A DNA stretch of 64,000 bases from the human T2T-CHM13v2.0 reference genome, Homo sapiens (GCF_009914755.1 NC_060934.1); one strand, 5' to 3'. Counted from the stretch's first letter, positions 16,414 to 31,981 are shown. Notes: generated by a model from the sequence alone, not told the origin. Numbers and translations: made by a program.

Positions 16414-16872
16414 GCAGGCTCACGCCTGTAATCCCAGCACTTTGGGAGGCCGAGGTGGGCAGATCACCTGAGGTCAGGAGTTTGAGACCAGCCTGGCCAA
16501 TGGCGAAATCCCGTCTCTACTAAAAATACAAAAATTAGCCGAGCATGGTGACAGGCACCTGTAATCCCAGCTATTCAGTTGGCTGAGTCAGGAGAATAGC
16601 CTGGATCCGGGAAGTGGAGGTTGTAGTAAGCCAAGATTGCGCCACTGCATGCCAGCCTGGGCGACAGAGCAAGACTTTTCTTAAAACAAACAAACAAAAA
16701 AGAAAAAAGAAAAGGAAAGAAGAAAGAGACAAAGAAAGAGAGAAGGAAAGAAAGGAAGGAAGGAAGAGAAGGAAGGAAGGAAAGAAAGAAAAGGAAAGAA
16801 AGAAAAAGAAAGAAGAAAGAAAGGAAAGAAAGAGAAGAAAGAAAGGAAAGAAAAGAAAGAAAAAGAAAGAAA
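16414..16872 (+). mobile_element. Alu (AluS-like) with ~190-bp (GAAA)/(GGAA) tail
   Basis: Perfect 18-bp TSD GAAAATACCTCCAGAGAG at 16396-16413 and 16873-16890. Confidence 0.95.
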
Positions 16873-17039
16873 GAAAATACCTCCAGAGAGCCAGGTCTCT
16901 TAGGCCTTCTGAGAAACTCACATCCCTTTTGATGAACACAAATGCTTCACACTCTCAATGTTATTGGTAATCCAAGTTATCAATATACCTAAATCACTTA
17001 GTACTGAATCTGGCATATAGTAATCACCTAATGAAGAGA

Positions 17040-17350
17040 TAAGAGTCATGGAGTATTCTGAAGCAATTAGAATCAATAGACTCAATATACACATGGCAAC
17101 AAAGTTGGATCTTAAAAACCGACCTGAGTGAAAAAGGAAAGGGAAAGATACATAACACGGTACCATTATGTAAATTGATAATATATGCTTACACAATTTG
17201 TAAGAACACATACAAATAGATACATGTATATTAAACATACTCGAACGGTTACCTATGGGGTGGTGGCTGGAGTGGGGGTAAGTCCGTAAGCTGTAATGGA
17301 ACCTAAACAAATACATGAAACGAGTAGGAATCAGAAGGAGTAACAATAAA
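17040..17350 (+). mobile_element. Old L1ME/L1MC 3' fragment
   Basis: GGAGTATTCTGAAGCAATTAGAA...GGATCTTAAAAAC...GAGTGAAAAAGG...TACCATTATGTAAA...GGTTACCTATGGGG. Confidence 0.45.
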
Positions 17351-19176
17351 AATGTGCCATGAACTGAGGAGTGTAAATTAATCAACTCACTGCATCTGAG
17401 GTTAAAAATAGAAAGATGATAATTGTTATTCTTATTACTCCTAGGTCTTCCACTTGCACTCAGCTTTACAATGTTGGACTATCCTTCAGATGGCACCCTC
17501 CTTGCACTTGCTCAGGCAGGAGAGCTTTTTCCTCCAGCTTTCTAGGTGATTTAATATATCAGGGAATAAGTATAAAAAAAGGCACGGTGCTCCCTGGGTA
17601 GCCTTTCTGGACTTCAGAGCTAAATTGCAAAGTCAGTTTTACACATGTGATTTCATCTATGAAATTAGGGCAAGGTAGAAAACTGGCACAGAAAAAATGT
17701 GATTTATTATGGTGTTACTATCCCTTACAAGCGGAGTGTCAGCTGCCTCTTTTTGTCCACTGATTTAAGGCAAGATGAACTGAAAGTGGCTATGATCACG
17801 TCTTCAAAAGCACACTCTGGCCCCTCGGCTGCAGGCGCCCTGCACATTCCCCAGCTGCGTGTCCGGTGGTGACACAGTGCATAATTGTGGCGCCTTCCTG
17901 GTGCAAACTGTCTCACTTAGCTCCGTCTTGCTGGCACAGCAGAAAGGAAGAAATCGAAAATGTTTGGATTTCAAAGGTAACAAGAAGCTGGAAAACAACT
18001 ACTGGCCGAGTCTGAGAGTTTCAGCGGAGACTGGTGCAGCCTTGTGTTTTTCCACTGACAGCTGAAAATGAGCCCAGCTTCAGTGAAGCTTGTTTCCTTC
18101 CCTCCTCAAGGTTACCCACAATTCTCAGTTCTCTCAGGAAAGCCAAAAAATGAATTTGAGGGTTTAGGATTGTGGTTCTTTTATCTATTACAGGATTGAT
18201 AATATGTTCCTCCACCAGATGTTCTGCTTGTAACAATACTCACTTCCTGACACTACTGCATATGAAGGAGTGTTACTACCAAGGTAAACACAGAATTGGC
18301 TGCCCAATTCCAAATCCCTGAACTGAGTGAGAGAAATCAGAATTATAATAGGGGATTCAACAGAGCTGGCTACGGATGTGCCAGTGGTCAGATACTTTGC
18401 TCATCATACGCAGGTGCTGCTGCTCTAGCAACTGCTCACTGCTTCATTTCCTGCCTTGGTCTTTAAATACTGCTTTTCTCAGCTCAATTGGCTTTCTTCC
18501 CTCTGGCAGTCACGTTTCTTTGGGTCAAACAGCAAATGATTCTTTAGAATCACCTGGTACTCAAAGGAGCTACAAGACATTGGGCATCCACTTCCACTCT
18601 CTTGGAAAAACAATTTTATGGAAGCCAAGGTTGCCATAGTGCCTCTTGAGGTTGTTTGCTCAGCCAAGGCCCAAGCTTTGTGCTTCAAACATGAAATTAG
18701 AGAGCTTCAGAACAAGATCCACATTTTCAATGGCCTCACCCAACTGGATAAAAGAACAATTGCCATATCTCAATGACCACCTTTTCTCAGGTGGGATGGT
18801 AGATGCTGGAATGGGTCACAGCATTGCCCAACCAAACTTTGCAAAAAAGGCTGGAAGCTCTGACTGGGGACCCTAAATATGCAAAAGTTAATAGGCTCTT
18901 CATGCAGAATATGAACCCCGTGTATGGATATAGCTAAAGGGTTGGCCTTTATGTTTCTATTCCTTCACAAACCTGGTAGAATAGATATGCTTGTTTCCCT
19001 TTAAAAAATGTCAACAATTGCATTTATGATGCTGTGTATAGTAACTCACAGATCATGCTCCATGAAAATGCTTCAGAACCCAATATAAGGAGATTTTTTA
19101 GCCATGTGTGACAAAAGAGAGGCCATTTCAGTGTTGAAATTCTTCAGAGAAGTATTTGATTATGTTTTCTCAGATC

Positions 19177-19503
<327 letters not shown>

Positions 19504-20686
19504 TGAAGCCTTCATTTCTATCTTCTTATTCATTTTGGAAGTAGTACACCTAAGTAAGGTTTTTAACAATCAAATATCTTTGGAAAATTCCCTGGTTCCT
19601 TTCTTATTCCTACAAAAATATGTTCAGTATAGCTGATGTTATGTTTCTTTCAAATTATTCATTTCTCTATCTCAGAATTTATCTCATGCCTAATTGTTAT
19701 TGAATAGTCTTCACTTCTTGTCATCCAGTTTCTGGTCTCTTATTTCACTCTAAGTCTAATTGGCTATTAGAATAAAGAGCTTGTAACAGATTCTTTCTCC
19801 AATATGTCTTATCTTTTGACTGCATGCCAGTGACAAACTGTTAACTGTTTTGATTCTTCATAACATTCCACAGAACATGCTGACTCCTCTCTTCCTGAAA
19901 GCAATGCCCAAGCACAGCATTGTTAGATAGTATGTACGCAACAGGGACATGGGTGCATAGCAAAAACTAGAAGGAAGGAGGACCTTCCTTAGCAATGGGT
20001 GATATGGTCCCTGGACTTAGACTCCAAAGGGTCGTGAGGTGAAACACACATCGTCCATACCCAGGAAGCACACAGGTGGGATGGAAGAGCTGTGCCTAAT
20101 GAAACTTCATCCACGTGGAGGTGGAGGAGGCTGCAGCTGCAAGAACTCAGAGCTGCCTTACCCAGACCAGGGACCAGGGAGGGCTTTCTGGAGGAAACAG
20201 CCTCTGAACTGCCAGCTGATAGAGGAGCTCTACCTCAACTCTTCTGGTTCCCCAGGGCTGCTTTTCCACGTCCATTTATTGGCACTGAAGTTTGAATACC
20301 TTCAGGGGCCCGAAAGCCTGCCAGGTCCTCTTCTCTGCAGAGCAATCACACCAACCTGCAAAGGGCTAGGAAAGGGCTGTCATCATCTCCTACTCAGAAA
20401 CTGGTTCACTGGAAGGACTCAGGGGCCACTGAATACATCCTGGCAGCTTTCACAAGAAGGGCTTCTGACTCAAGGATGTCTCCATCTTTGCCAGGTCGCC
20501 TTTTCTCCTTCTCTTAGAGTTTGGAGGACGCAAATGTGCTGAGAAGTCAACCTTTCCTGCAAGGTGAGACACAGGGCCTTTCCCAGCAGAAAGAAGAGAG
20601 CAAATGGAAGGTCCTTCTTCCTCCAGTAGAGGATGGACTCTGTCTGGCAGCCACCCAACAGGAAAAGCACAATGCATGCCTGCCTG

Positions 20687-20980
20687 CTTCCCTCCCTCCC
20701 TCCGTTTCTCCCTCCCTCCCTCCTTCCTCCCTTCCATTCTCTTCCCTTCCCCTCCCTTCCCTTCCCCTCCCTTCCCTTCCCCTCCCTTCCCTTCCCCTCC
20801 CCTCCCCTTCCCTTCTCCCTCTCCTTCCCTTCCTCTTCCCTTCCTTCCTCTTCCCTTCCTTTCCCCTCCCCTTCCTTTCCCTTCCTCCCTCCCTTCCTCC
20901 CTTCTTTCCTTCCCTTCTTTCCTTCCTCATTTCCTCCCTTCCTTCCTTCCTTCCTTCCTTTCTTCCTACTTTCCTACCTT
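20687..20980. repeat. Polypyrimidine low-complexity tract, (CCCTT)n/(CCTT)n
   Basis: About 290 bp of almost only C/T. Confidence 0.95.
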
Positions 20981-21479
20981 TAGGGCTCTGTGTCTTTGGA
21001 GTCCATTCTGATTATGCTGTAATGTCTGCCCCTTCCTCTTCTCTGTCAAAAAATGAAAGACATGGAAGCCACTTGCCTTTTACTGAATTAAAAATTAGTA
21101 AAAGAGCTAAAAATTAATGGTTAAAAATGTACGCATAAATTATGCAGTATACTAACCAATGAAAAGATACACTTCTCTTAATTAAAAGCTGACAGGGAGG
21201 GAAACAAGAAAAGAGAAACACAAAACAATAATCTAAATGACCTATTAGTTGGAAGAACAACATCAGAGAAAATAGATACTGTGTATAGTCATGTGTATGT
21301 CTATGGAATAACATTTGTAGAGAAATCTGGACTGATCCTTTCTGAGTAAAGAGAGCTGTGGGTACAATTAAGGGGAGATTGAAAGGAATCCAAAAGCATA
21401 GCAGATGCTGTGCCTCACTGGAATGGTTGCCGATCTCCTCCAAACTATGAAGTGTTTGAGGCTCAACTTTAATATAATT

Positions 21480-22340
<861 letters not shown>

Positions 22341-23214
22341 TTTAAAAAGTTTTTTTTTTTAAGGATATCTGCTGGAACCAATCATGCCACCAACCAAAGA
22401 TGCAAGACTATAAAACATACCCAGTTTTTCAAAGCATTTAAAAATTATTCTAAAAATATTTTTTCTCCAGAAATTTTGCATTGATTCCCTGAAGAAGCAT
22501 TAATATGGGACCTGACTTATAAAATGATGAACTCAATCTCCCCACTCAAGGTAGGAGTCTCTCAGATTTAAAAAATAAGCATCCTAGTCCTCTTGTCCCT
22601 GTAAAAGTTAACCCTTACACCTGAAACACCAGGAGACTGGCGGTTGTTTGCATAGGGGTTACAATTAAAGTTGAGCTACCTCTGACATCTATTAACACCA
22701 AAATTAGTAAACTATGCATGTATGGAGACTTTTATGATTGAACTTGTTTATTGAGTCAAGAGATATAGTTTACAATGAAAATTTGGGGCATATCAAAATG
22801 ACCTTGGCTTAGCTTAGCATTTGCTGATGTTAACTATTTTCTTCAATGGGCTGATTTTAGTTGCTTAGGAAAAATACAAACACACACACTTTAAAATTAT
22901 ATTAAAATCCCGTCCTAAACCTCAGAGTCCAGAACCGCATCCTAACACTGGTCATGCATAATATGTTTAAATTTTTGTGCTTTAAAAACTACAAATAAGG
23001 AATGTATTAATAGTTCCACAATCAATGGTCAGTTAGCCGAGGGAAGATTAGCATAGTTAAAGACTTAAAATGGCTTAACAACATATATCAAAAGGACAAA
23101 ATAAGGGGAACAGAGTCTAGAAATGAGGAAACTGGGACACAGGCAAAAAAAAAAAATGAGAACTGGGACATGAATAACGCAAGGGATAAGACTAATACAC
23201 AAAACACCCCAAAT

Positions 23215-23440
23215 AAATAGCCAGCATTTGCTGAGCTCTTACTGTGAGCCTGTTCTAAGCACTTTACATATATTAACTCATTTCATCCTCAAGGAACCAT
23301 CTGAGGCAGGCACTGTTATCATCTCCATTTTACAGATAAGGAATAGACCCAGAGAGGCTGAGCAACTGGGCCTATTCCACAGCTACTATGGTGGAGATGA
23401 GATTTAAATCTAATCATTGGCTCCAGAGCCCATGCACCCA
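23215..23440 (-). mobile_element. MIR
   Basis: CTAAGCACTTTACATATATTAACTCATTTCATCCTC...CTCCATTTTACAGATAAGGAA. Confidence 0.8.
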
Positions 23441-23744
23441 ATGGCTGCACTAAGTGAATGCATGCGCTATCAACGTTGCCAAAAGTGGGCCACAGCTCGG
23501 ATCTGCGTTTTCCAGTAGCCAAAGCAGAGAGTGTGATCAGACCTCACTTTAATAAGCAAGTCTCAAGCCAGAGAGAGGTGGTATCAGGCAGCAAACAGGC
23601 TGCTAGTCGAAATCCCACTTCTTCTCTGAGTGGTCCATACAGTTTTACTCTACTTGCTTACAGAATGAAAATAGCTGGAGTTCAGGTGCGCTTTCAATGC
23701 CCTGTTGTCAGGATTGGGCTTTTCAAGTTTATTTTTTGTTGTTG

Positions 23745-24375
<631 letters not shown>

Positions 24376-24931
24376 AGACTGAGTTTTAATCTACTTTCTG
24401 CAGAGCCTGAGAACTTTAGCATAATTTCCTTGAAATTACAGCTCAATATTTTCAAGCACTTATACAAACAGCCTAATGTTACGTTGGCCCATAACAGTGT
24501 TTCAAGGTAATAAACTTCTTTGTTTTCTGTGCCGATTGAAAGAACTGCTGCTTAGCCTCCTGCCAGATGATGAACTGGGTACACACGAGCATTTTTCCAG
24601 GTAAAGCATATTTCGTGCGACTTCTTAAGCTGCAGCCTTATATGCAATAATTGTCCATTTACAAGACTTATGTTCGAATTTCAGGCACTCTGTTTTCACT
24701 AACCATATCTTCAACTTTGATAAGTACTGCTTTAATCACTCAGAAAATTTAACTTGACTAATTTTTTTTCACCATCAGTTTTTTTTCTGTTGACTCTTTC
24801 TCCTTTTTCTGTTTGCCCAGAAACATGCTCAGGATTCTCTCAGGCTTTAAAAAATGAAAAAATGTTTCCTGCAATCTAGTTACTCCTTGATTCTCTTGTT
24901 CTGTTTATCGCTGGAATTCTTGAAAGCTTGG

Positions 24932-25287
24932 TGTATTAGTCTTTTTTCATGCTGCTGATAAAGATATACCTGAGACTGGATAATTTATAAAGAAAAAGAG
25001 GTTTAATGGACTCACAGTTCCACGTGGCTGAGGAAGCCTCACAATCATGGTGGAAGGCAAAAGGCATGTCTTACATGGCAGCAGACAAGAGAGAATGAGA
25101 ACCAAGGGATTTCCCCTTATAAAACCATCAGATCTTGTGAGACTTATTCACTACCACAAGAACAATATGGGGTAAACCGCCCCCATGATTCAATTATCTC
25201 CCACCGGGGCCCTCCCACAACACGTGGGAATTATGGGAGCTACAATTCAAGATGACATTTGGGTGGGGACATGGCCAAACCATATCA
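24932..25287 (-). mobile_element. THE1 (MaLR) solo LTR, THE1B/C-like
   Basis: Minus strand starts TGATATGGTTTGGCC...CCCCACCC and ends CTAATACA; 356 bp; TSD CTTGG/CCTGG. Confidence 0.92.
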
Positions 25288-25369
25288 CCTGGCCTATAGC
25301 ATTATTTCCATTTCTTCCCCATCCTTTTATTCCTCAAACCGGTACAACCAGACCTCTTTTTTTTTTTTT

Positions 25370-26000
25370 CTACCTGAAACTGCTCTTTTGAGGGTAGCTG
25401 ATAAGTCCAAAATACTGTCACCTTTTCTCAATTCCGTTCCTTCTTATGCCTTTGGAGCAATTGACTGTGTTGGTTGCCCCCTCCTTTAAAGTGTCTCTCA
25501 CTTGGTTTTTATGACTAATGATGATTTTCTTTTTCCTCTCTAAACATTCCGCTATCTTTTTAGCTTCCCTTCCCCCTCCCATCCCCTAAATGTCCTTGTT
25601 TCCCAGAATCTGCCTCACCTCTTTGACTTCTCTATGCCCTGTCATTCACTCATGGGTCTTTATTACATTATTGCATCTGTGTCAATAACTCTGGTCTTTC
25701 TCTTAAGTTCCAGTCTCCCATTTTCAAATGTCCCCAGACATTTCCAATTGAGTATCTCTCCAATGTATTTAACCTGCTAAATATCTAACACATAATCTTT
25801 CCCATCAAATCGTTTCCTCTTAAGCTTTTCTTATTTCCTATTAGTACTCCTGCACTTCTCCCAGGAGCCCAGACTTAAAACCTTGAATTTCTCACCATAA
25901 CCTCTCTTTTGTCTCCCATAATCAATTAGTAGCAAGTGTTATCAATGATTACTTGACAATATCTTTTTCTATTTCCCTCCCTGCTATGATCATTCATCTA
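25370..26000 (+). mobile_element. L2 fragment
   Basis: CTGAAACTGCTCTT...GCAATTGACTGTGTTGG...CAGACATTTCCAATTGAGTATCTC resemble L2 ORF2/3' region. Confidence 0.5.
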
Positions 26001-26007
26001 GCAAGAA

Positions 26008-26301
26008 GAGTTGGCCCTTTGTATCTGTGGTTTCTGCATCCCTGGATTCAACCAACTGTAGATGGAAAATATTTGAAGAAAAAAGCGTCTATACTGAGTA
26101 TGAAAAAATTTTATTTCTTGTCATTATTCCCTAAACAATACAGTATAACAACTACAGCATTTACACTGTAGCGTATAGATCTTATAATCTAGAAATGATT
26201 TCAAGTACACCATTATATATAAGGGACTTGAGCATCTGTGAAGTTTGGTATTTGTGGGGCATACTGGGACCAATTCCCCCATGGATACAGAGGGACAACT
26301 A
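26008..26301 (-). mobile_element. MER2 (TcMar-Tigger non-autonomous element)
   Basis: TIR-like ends AGTTGGCCCTTTGTATCTGTGG / CCATGGATACAGAGGGACAACT; internal CTTGTCATTATTCCCTAAACAATACAGTATAACAACTA. Confidence 0.85.
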
Positions 26302-26459
26302 TATTTACTCAGTGCTTACTAAATACCAGTTGGCCAATGTGTTTTTCTTTTTCTGTTTTCCTGTCTTTAGTTTGCCCCTTGCCAATTAATTCAATAGTGC
26401 TGCCAATGCCAGGTGTACCTTCAGAATATTCTATTCTAATTTTGTCATCTCCAAGCTTA

Positions 26460-26779
<320 letters not shown>

Positions 26780-26825
26780 AAAAACATTTAATGGCTGCAC
26801 CTTGCCTGTGAAAAATGCATTTCTT

Positions 26826-27107
26826 GGCCAGATGTGGTGGCTCAAACCTGTAATCCCAACACTTTGGGAAGCTAAGGCCAGGAGTTCGAGACGAGCTGGG
26901 ATATATAGGAAGACACAATCTCTACAAAAAAAAATCCACAAAATTAGTCAGGCTTAGTGTTCATGCCTGTAGTCCCAGGTACTCAGGAGGCTGAGGCAGG
27001 ATTCCTCAAGCCCAGGAGTTCAAGGCTTCCGTGAGCTATGATGGCACAACTGCACTCCATCTTGGGTGACAGAGCAAGGTCCTATCTCTGGAGAAAAAAA
27101 AAAAAAG
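26826..27107 (+). mobile_element. Alu (AluJ-like)
   Basis: Alu dimer with left-arm deletion; TSD GCATTTCTT. Confidence 0.9.
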
Positions 27108-27727
27108 AAGGCATTTCTTAGGAGAGTTCTTCTCTGTAGAGTCCTAAGGGTTCCATGGAACTCCTTAAAAGCATCAGAGTATGTGAGTGCAATGGGAGGA
27201 AGCATTTAGCCAGAGCAGTTGTGCTCCCATTGCATATTAATTTTTAAAAAACAAAGCTATAAAAAAAAGTTGAAAACTACTACGTTAGCATCAGCCTGAC
27301 ATTTAATGGCCTCTTAAATCAAACCTTAATTGACTTTTTAGCCAGTTATGCTACTAGCCAACTACAGACAACACACTTTTTAACCAAATTAGACTAATAG
27401 TTGTCATCAGTGGAAATCAAGTTTGCCATTCTTCCATGCCTTTGCTCACACCATTACCTTTTCTGGAATGTCCTGTACTCATCTTCCTGTGTTGAACTCT
27501 ATACCCAACTTTAAAAACCTAGCTCAAAGTTCAACACTTCCATTCCATTTCAAAAAGAGCTTTCCTCTTCCTTAAAGTTTAAGAACTCATTTTCATGAAT
27601 CTTTTTGGCATTTATTGCACACATGCTTGCTTTGTGTTATTTGTGTTCATGCCTCATATGCCCCCAAGGTGTTTTAGACTCCTTAACGGCAAAAATGATG
27701 CTCTAAACACCTTTCTATCTTTCATAG

Positions 27728-28444
<717 letters not shown>

Positions 28445-29960
28445 CATAGTAATGAACATAGTACCTTATCTATAGAAAGCAATGGCTAGACAACTGTTGA
28501 ATGGCTAACCAAATCTGCTTTCCTATGGTCTCGCTCTAGAGGGGGTCAGTATGAGTTTCTGTCAAAAGGAGAAAAAAAAATGTATAGTCAGTTTTGTGTG
28601 TGTGTGTGTTCATGTAAAAGAGATCAAGAGAAAAGAACAAGAGAAATCATGAAAAGGAGGGGGAATATAAGAATAATACATAGAAAAAAGCAAATTATCT
28701 TGTTTATCAGTAATACCCAAGGGGGTAGAAATGGTAAGTAATAATCCTTCTTCACTTTGTCTGTAGTTCACTTTTTTGCACCTTTATTTTGATGAATTCA
28801 CATCGAAGACATTAACTCATTAAGGCTTCCAATATTTTTGGAGATAAGAAGGGCTGCTATGCTCTTTATAGATGGAAAACTTGGGTCATTAATAACTCAA
28901 ACAAGGACATAACAAAGAAATGGAGCATAAACTGCCAGGTCCTGACTGTAGATTTGGATTCCCAGTTGGTGTCTTGTCACCCTTTGTTACTCTTCCTAAA
29001 GTTATGATCTTTTCTTGTGCATAGGAAATTCATAGTGATTTCCCATCACCCTTGGGATTATCATAGCTCCTTTAAGGTCCCCTCTATGCACTCAATAACA
29101 TCAACAGTAAGTGTTCTTCGAGCACTTACTGAGTGTATATCATTGTGTTCTCACGCAGCACCCACAGATCTCACCAAGAACCTAGCTGAAGCCTGTAGAA
29201 TGAATAGGTAAGTACTGCCATGCCAATCTGGAGTACTCAAGCGATGCAAATGATTCCTTTAATTGTACTTTTGCAGGCTTGTCAGTTTTGCTCATGGAGA
29301 AGTGGCTACTGCATCCATGTTATATCTATGTAATGTTGGACTGCGAAGCATCACTTGACTTTTTCCAAGCAGAAATTACAGCTGATGACAAGCTGCTGCT
29401 GAGAAAATGGATATTTTTCTGAATTCAGTTCTACGTGGAAACAGCTGACTAGTTTCCATTGCTGTAAGATGGCTCTTTTGCTCTTGGTTGATTTTGAGTA
29501 ATGGCTTTACTTCTGTAGAAAGGAGATTTCATTTGAAGTCCACTCAGGGATTTGGTTCAACAAACTGGAGTACAGGTTTCAGAAAATATCTCTTTAATCC
29601 TCCAATAATAAATTTTCTCATCTATAATTCCTGGAACACTTCATCCTTTGCAGCCGAGCATATAGATAGATTTGTTGCTCACTGTGTTCTGATTGCCACT
29701 TTGACCTGCTTTTTCAACTTAGGTTACAAATAGAACAGAATCTCTCTGATTTTTCTCATTAATTGTTTGAATTCCCACTTTTCCTCATTAGCAAGAAGTC
29801 CAGTATCTTCCTGAGAACTTCCTTTTCTCAATCTAGGAACTTACTTGGTCCATAAGGTAACAGTCTTATTTCTGACTATCAAGGAGAGAAATAACAGGAG
29901 CCATTATCATCTTCATGGTGTCACTTTTGAAAACTGGTCCTCTGTAGATCTTCAGATTCT

Positions 29961-30322
29961 TGCGTTAGTCCATTCAGCTGCTATAACAAAATTGCATAGA
30001 CAGCATGGCTTATAAATAACAGAAATGTATTTCTGACAGTTCTGAAGGCTAGAAAGTCAAAGATTAAGACACTGGCTGATTTGGTGTCTGGCGAAGGCCC
30101 ATTTGCTCATAGATGGACGATGACCTTTCACTCTGTCTGCACATGGCAGAAGGGCAAGAGAGCTCTCTGGGTCTTTTTTATAAGGGCACTAATCTCATTT
30201 TTGAGGACCCTGCCCCCATGACTTAATCACCTCCCAAAGGCACTGTCTCCCAATACCATCACCTTGAGGGTTAGGATTTCAACATATGATTTTGGGGGGA
30301 CAGAAACACGCAGTCCATCTCG
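29961..30322 (-). mobile_element. MLT1A/MSTD-like MaLR solo LTR
   Basis: TTAGTCCATTCAGCTGCTATAACAAAA...TAAGGGCACTAATCTCATT...GGTTAGGATTTCAACATATGA. Confidence 0.85.
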
Positions 30323-30767
30323 CTTGTCCACTCCATGGTGGTATTCTTGCTGGATCAGTTTCCTCCTTGGGGTGCATTTGTGTTCCATGTCTAACTTGCA
30401 AGTTATAGCAGGCCCGATAGCAAAGTATTCCAATGTTGGTATGCAGAGGCATTGAATAATCAGAATGAACCCACGCCATAAACAACTGGTAGAGCTGCAG
30501 AGAGTACCAGCTGATTATGAGCCCTGGGTAACAGTGGTTTTTAGTTCCTATGTCCGTCAGCCCTTTTCTCCCATAGTAGCCCCACTGTGTTGAAGTGGCT
30601 GAATCGACAGAAGCTTCCAGCTTGGGCCACATGCTCATGGAACCAATTCTCCTTATGAGCCGTACAAGAGCTGGGTTGCCATTCTGGATACCCTCTTTCT
30701 TCAAGAGATTTTATTTCAAGGATATTTTTTCTTTTATCAACTACAGGGATTATTTAGAATCTTAGGG

Positions 30768-31303
30768 CAGTGGTGCCCAACCTTTTTGGCCCCAGGGACA
30801 GGTTTTGTGGGAGACAGTTTTTCCATGGACCAGTGTCAGGGGGCTGGGAGGCATGGTTTTGGGATGAGTCAAGTACATTACGTTTGTTGTATACTTTATT
30901 TCTATTATTATTATATTGTAATATATAATGAAATAATTACACAACTCACCATAATGTAGAATCAGTGGGAGCCCTAAGTTTGTTTTCCTGCAACTAGACA
31001 GTCCCATCTGGGGGCAATGGGAGATAGTGACAGATCATCAAGCATTAGATTCTCATAAGGAGTGCTCAGCCTAGATCCCCGGCATGTGCAGTTCACAATA
31101 GGATTTGCTCACCTATGAGAATCTAATGCCACTGCTGATCTGACAGGAGGTGGAGCTCGGGCAGTAATGCGAGGGTTGGGGAGCAGCTGTCAATATAGAT
31201 GAAGCTTTGCTCGCTCGCCTGCCACTCACCTCCTGCTGTGTGGTCCACTTCCTAACAGGTCACAGACTGGTACTGGTCCATGGCCAGGGAGTTGGGGACC
31301 CTG
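30768..31303 (+). mobile_element. MER1A (hAT-Charlie), full length
   Basis: TIRs CAGTGGTGCCCAAC / GTTGGGGACCCTG; perfect 8-bp TSD TCTTAGGG (30760-30767, 31304-31311). Confidence 0.93.
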
Positions 31304-31347
31304 TCTTAGGGAGTAGGGGTGGAGTTCCCTTCACTTCTAGAAGGCCC

Positions 31348-31795
31348 TGGATTAGTATCCCAGAGCTGTCATTACAGAGTATCACAAACCAGGTGGCTAA
31401 AAACAGACATGAATTCTCTCTTATTTTTGATGGCTTGGAAGTCCAAAGTCAAGGTGCTGCCAGGGCCATGCTCCCTCTGAAATGTGTAGGGGAGAATCCT
31501 TCCTTCCTCTTTCTAGCTTCTGGTGGTTTGCTGGCAATCACTGGCATCGCTTGGCTTGCAGCACTTCAACATCTGCCTTTACTGTCTCATAGTGTTCTCC
31601 CCTCATGTCTCCAGGTCTCTCTGTCTCTCTTCTTTGTATAAGGAAACTAGTCATATTGGATTAAGGGCCAACCCTACTCTAGTATGACCTCATCTTAAGG
31701 TCACATGCAATGACTATTCCAGATAAGGTCACATTCTGAAGAACTGGGAGTTAGGACTTCATATCTTTTGAAGGAACACAGTTCAACCAATAACA
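31348..31795 (-). mobile_element. MLT1C-like MaLR solo LTR
   Basis: GAAGTCCAAAGTCAAGGTG...GGGCCATGCTCCCTCTGAA...GGATTAAGGGCC...AGGTCACATTCTGA...AACA. Confidence 0.85.
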
Positions 31796-31981
31796 GCCCC
31801 TGTACTGTTTTACAAATAGGTATTCCTCTCCTTCCCAAAGTTCTTCATAGCAGAGACAACTTGTACCAAAAGGCAAAATACCTTATTATGTAACCTTAAC
31901 CTAGGATCATAGATCCCTACTTGTCTGGTGCTTTTATAAGCCACAGAACCACCCGGGAAACTCATTATTAAGACAAGGAAA

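Noticed and set aside
16571-16970. Lys/Arg/Glu-rich and Phe/Ser-rich ORFs
   Set aside because: Alu plus (GAAA)n tail artefact.
20521-21117. Pro/Ser/Leu-rich ORFs up to 198 aa
   Set aside because: Produced by the (CCCTT)n tract.
23040-23056. GAAGATTAGCAT similarity to U6 snRNA
   Set aside because: Only about 12 nt match, with no flanking U6 sequence.
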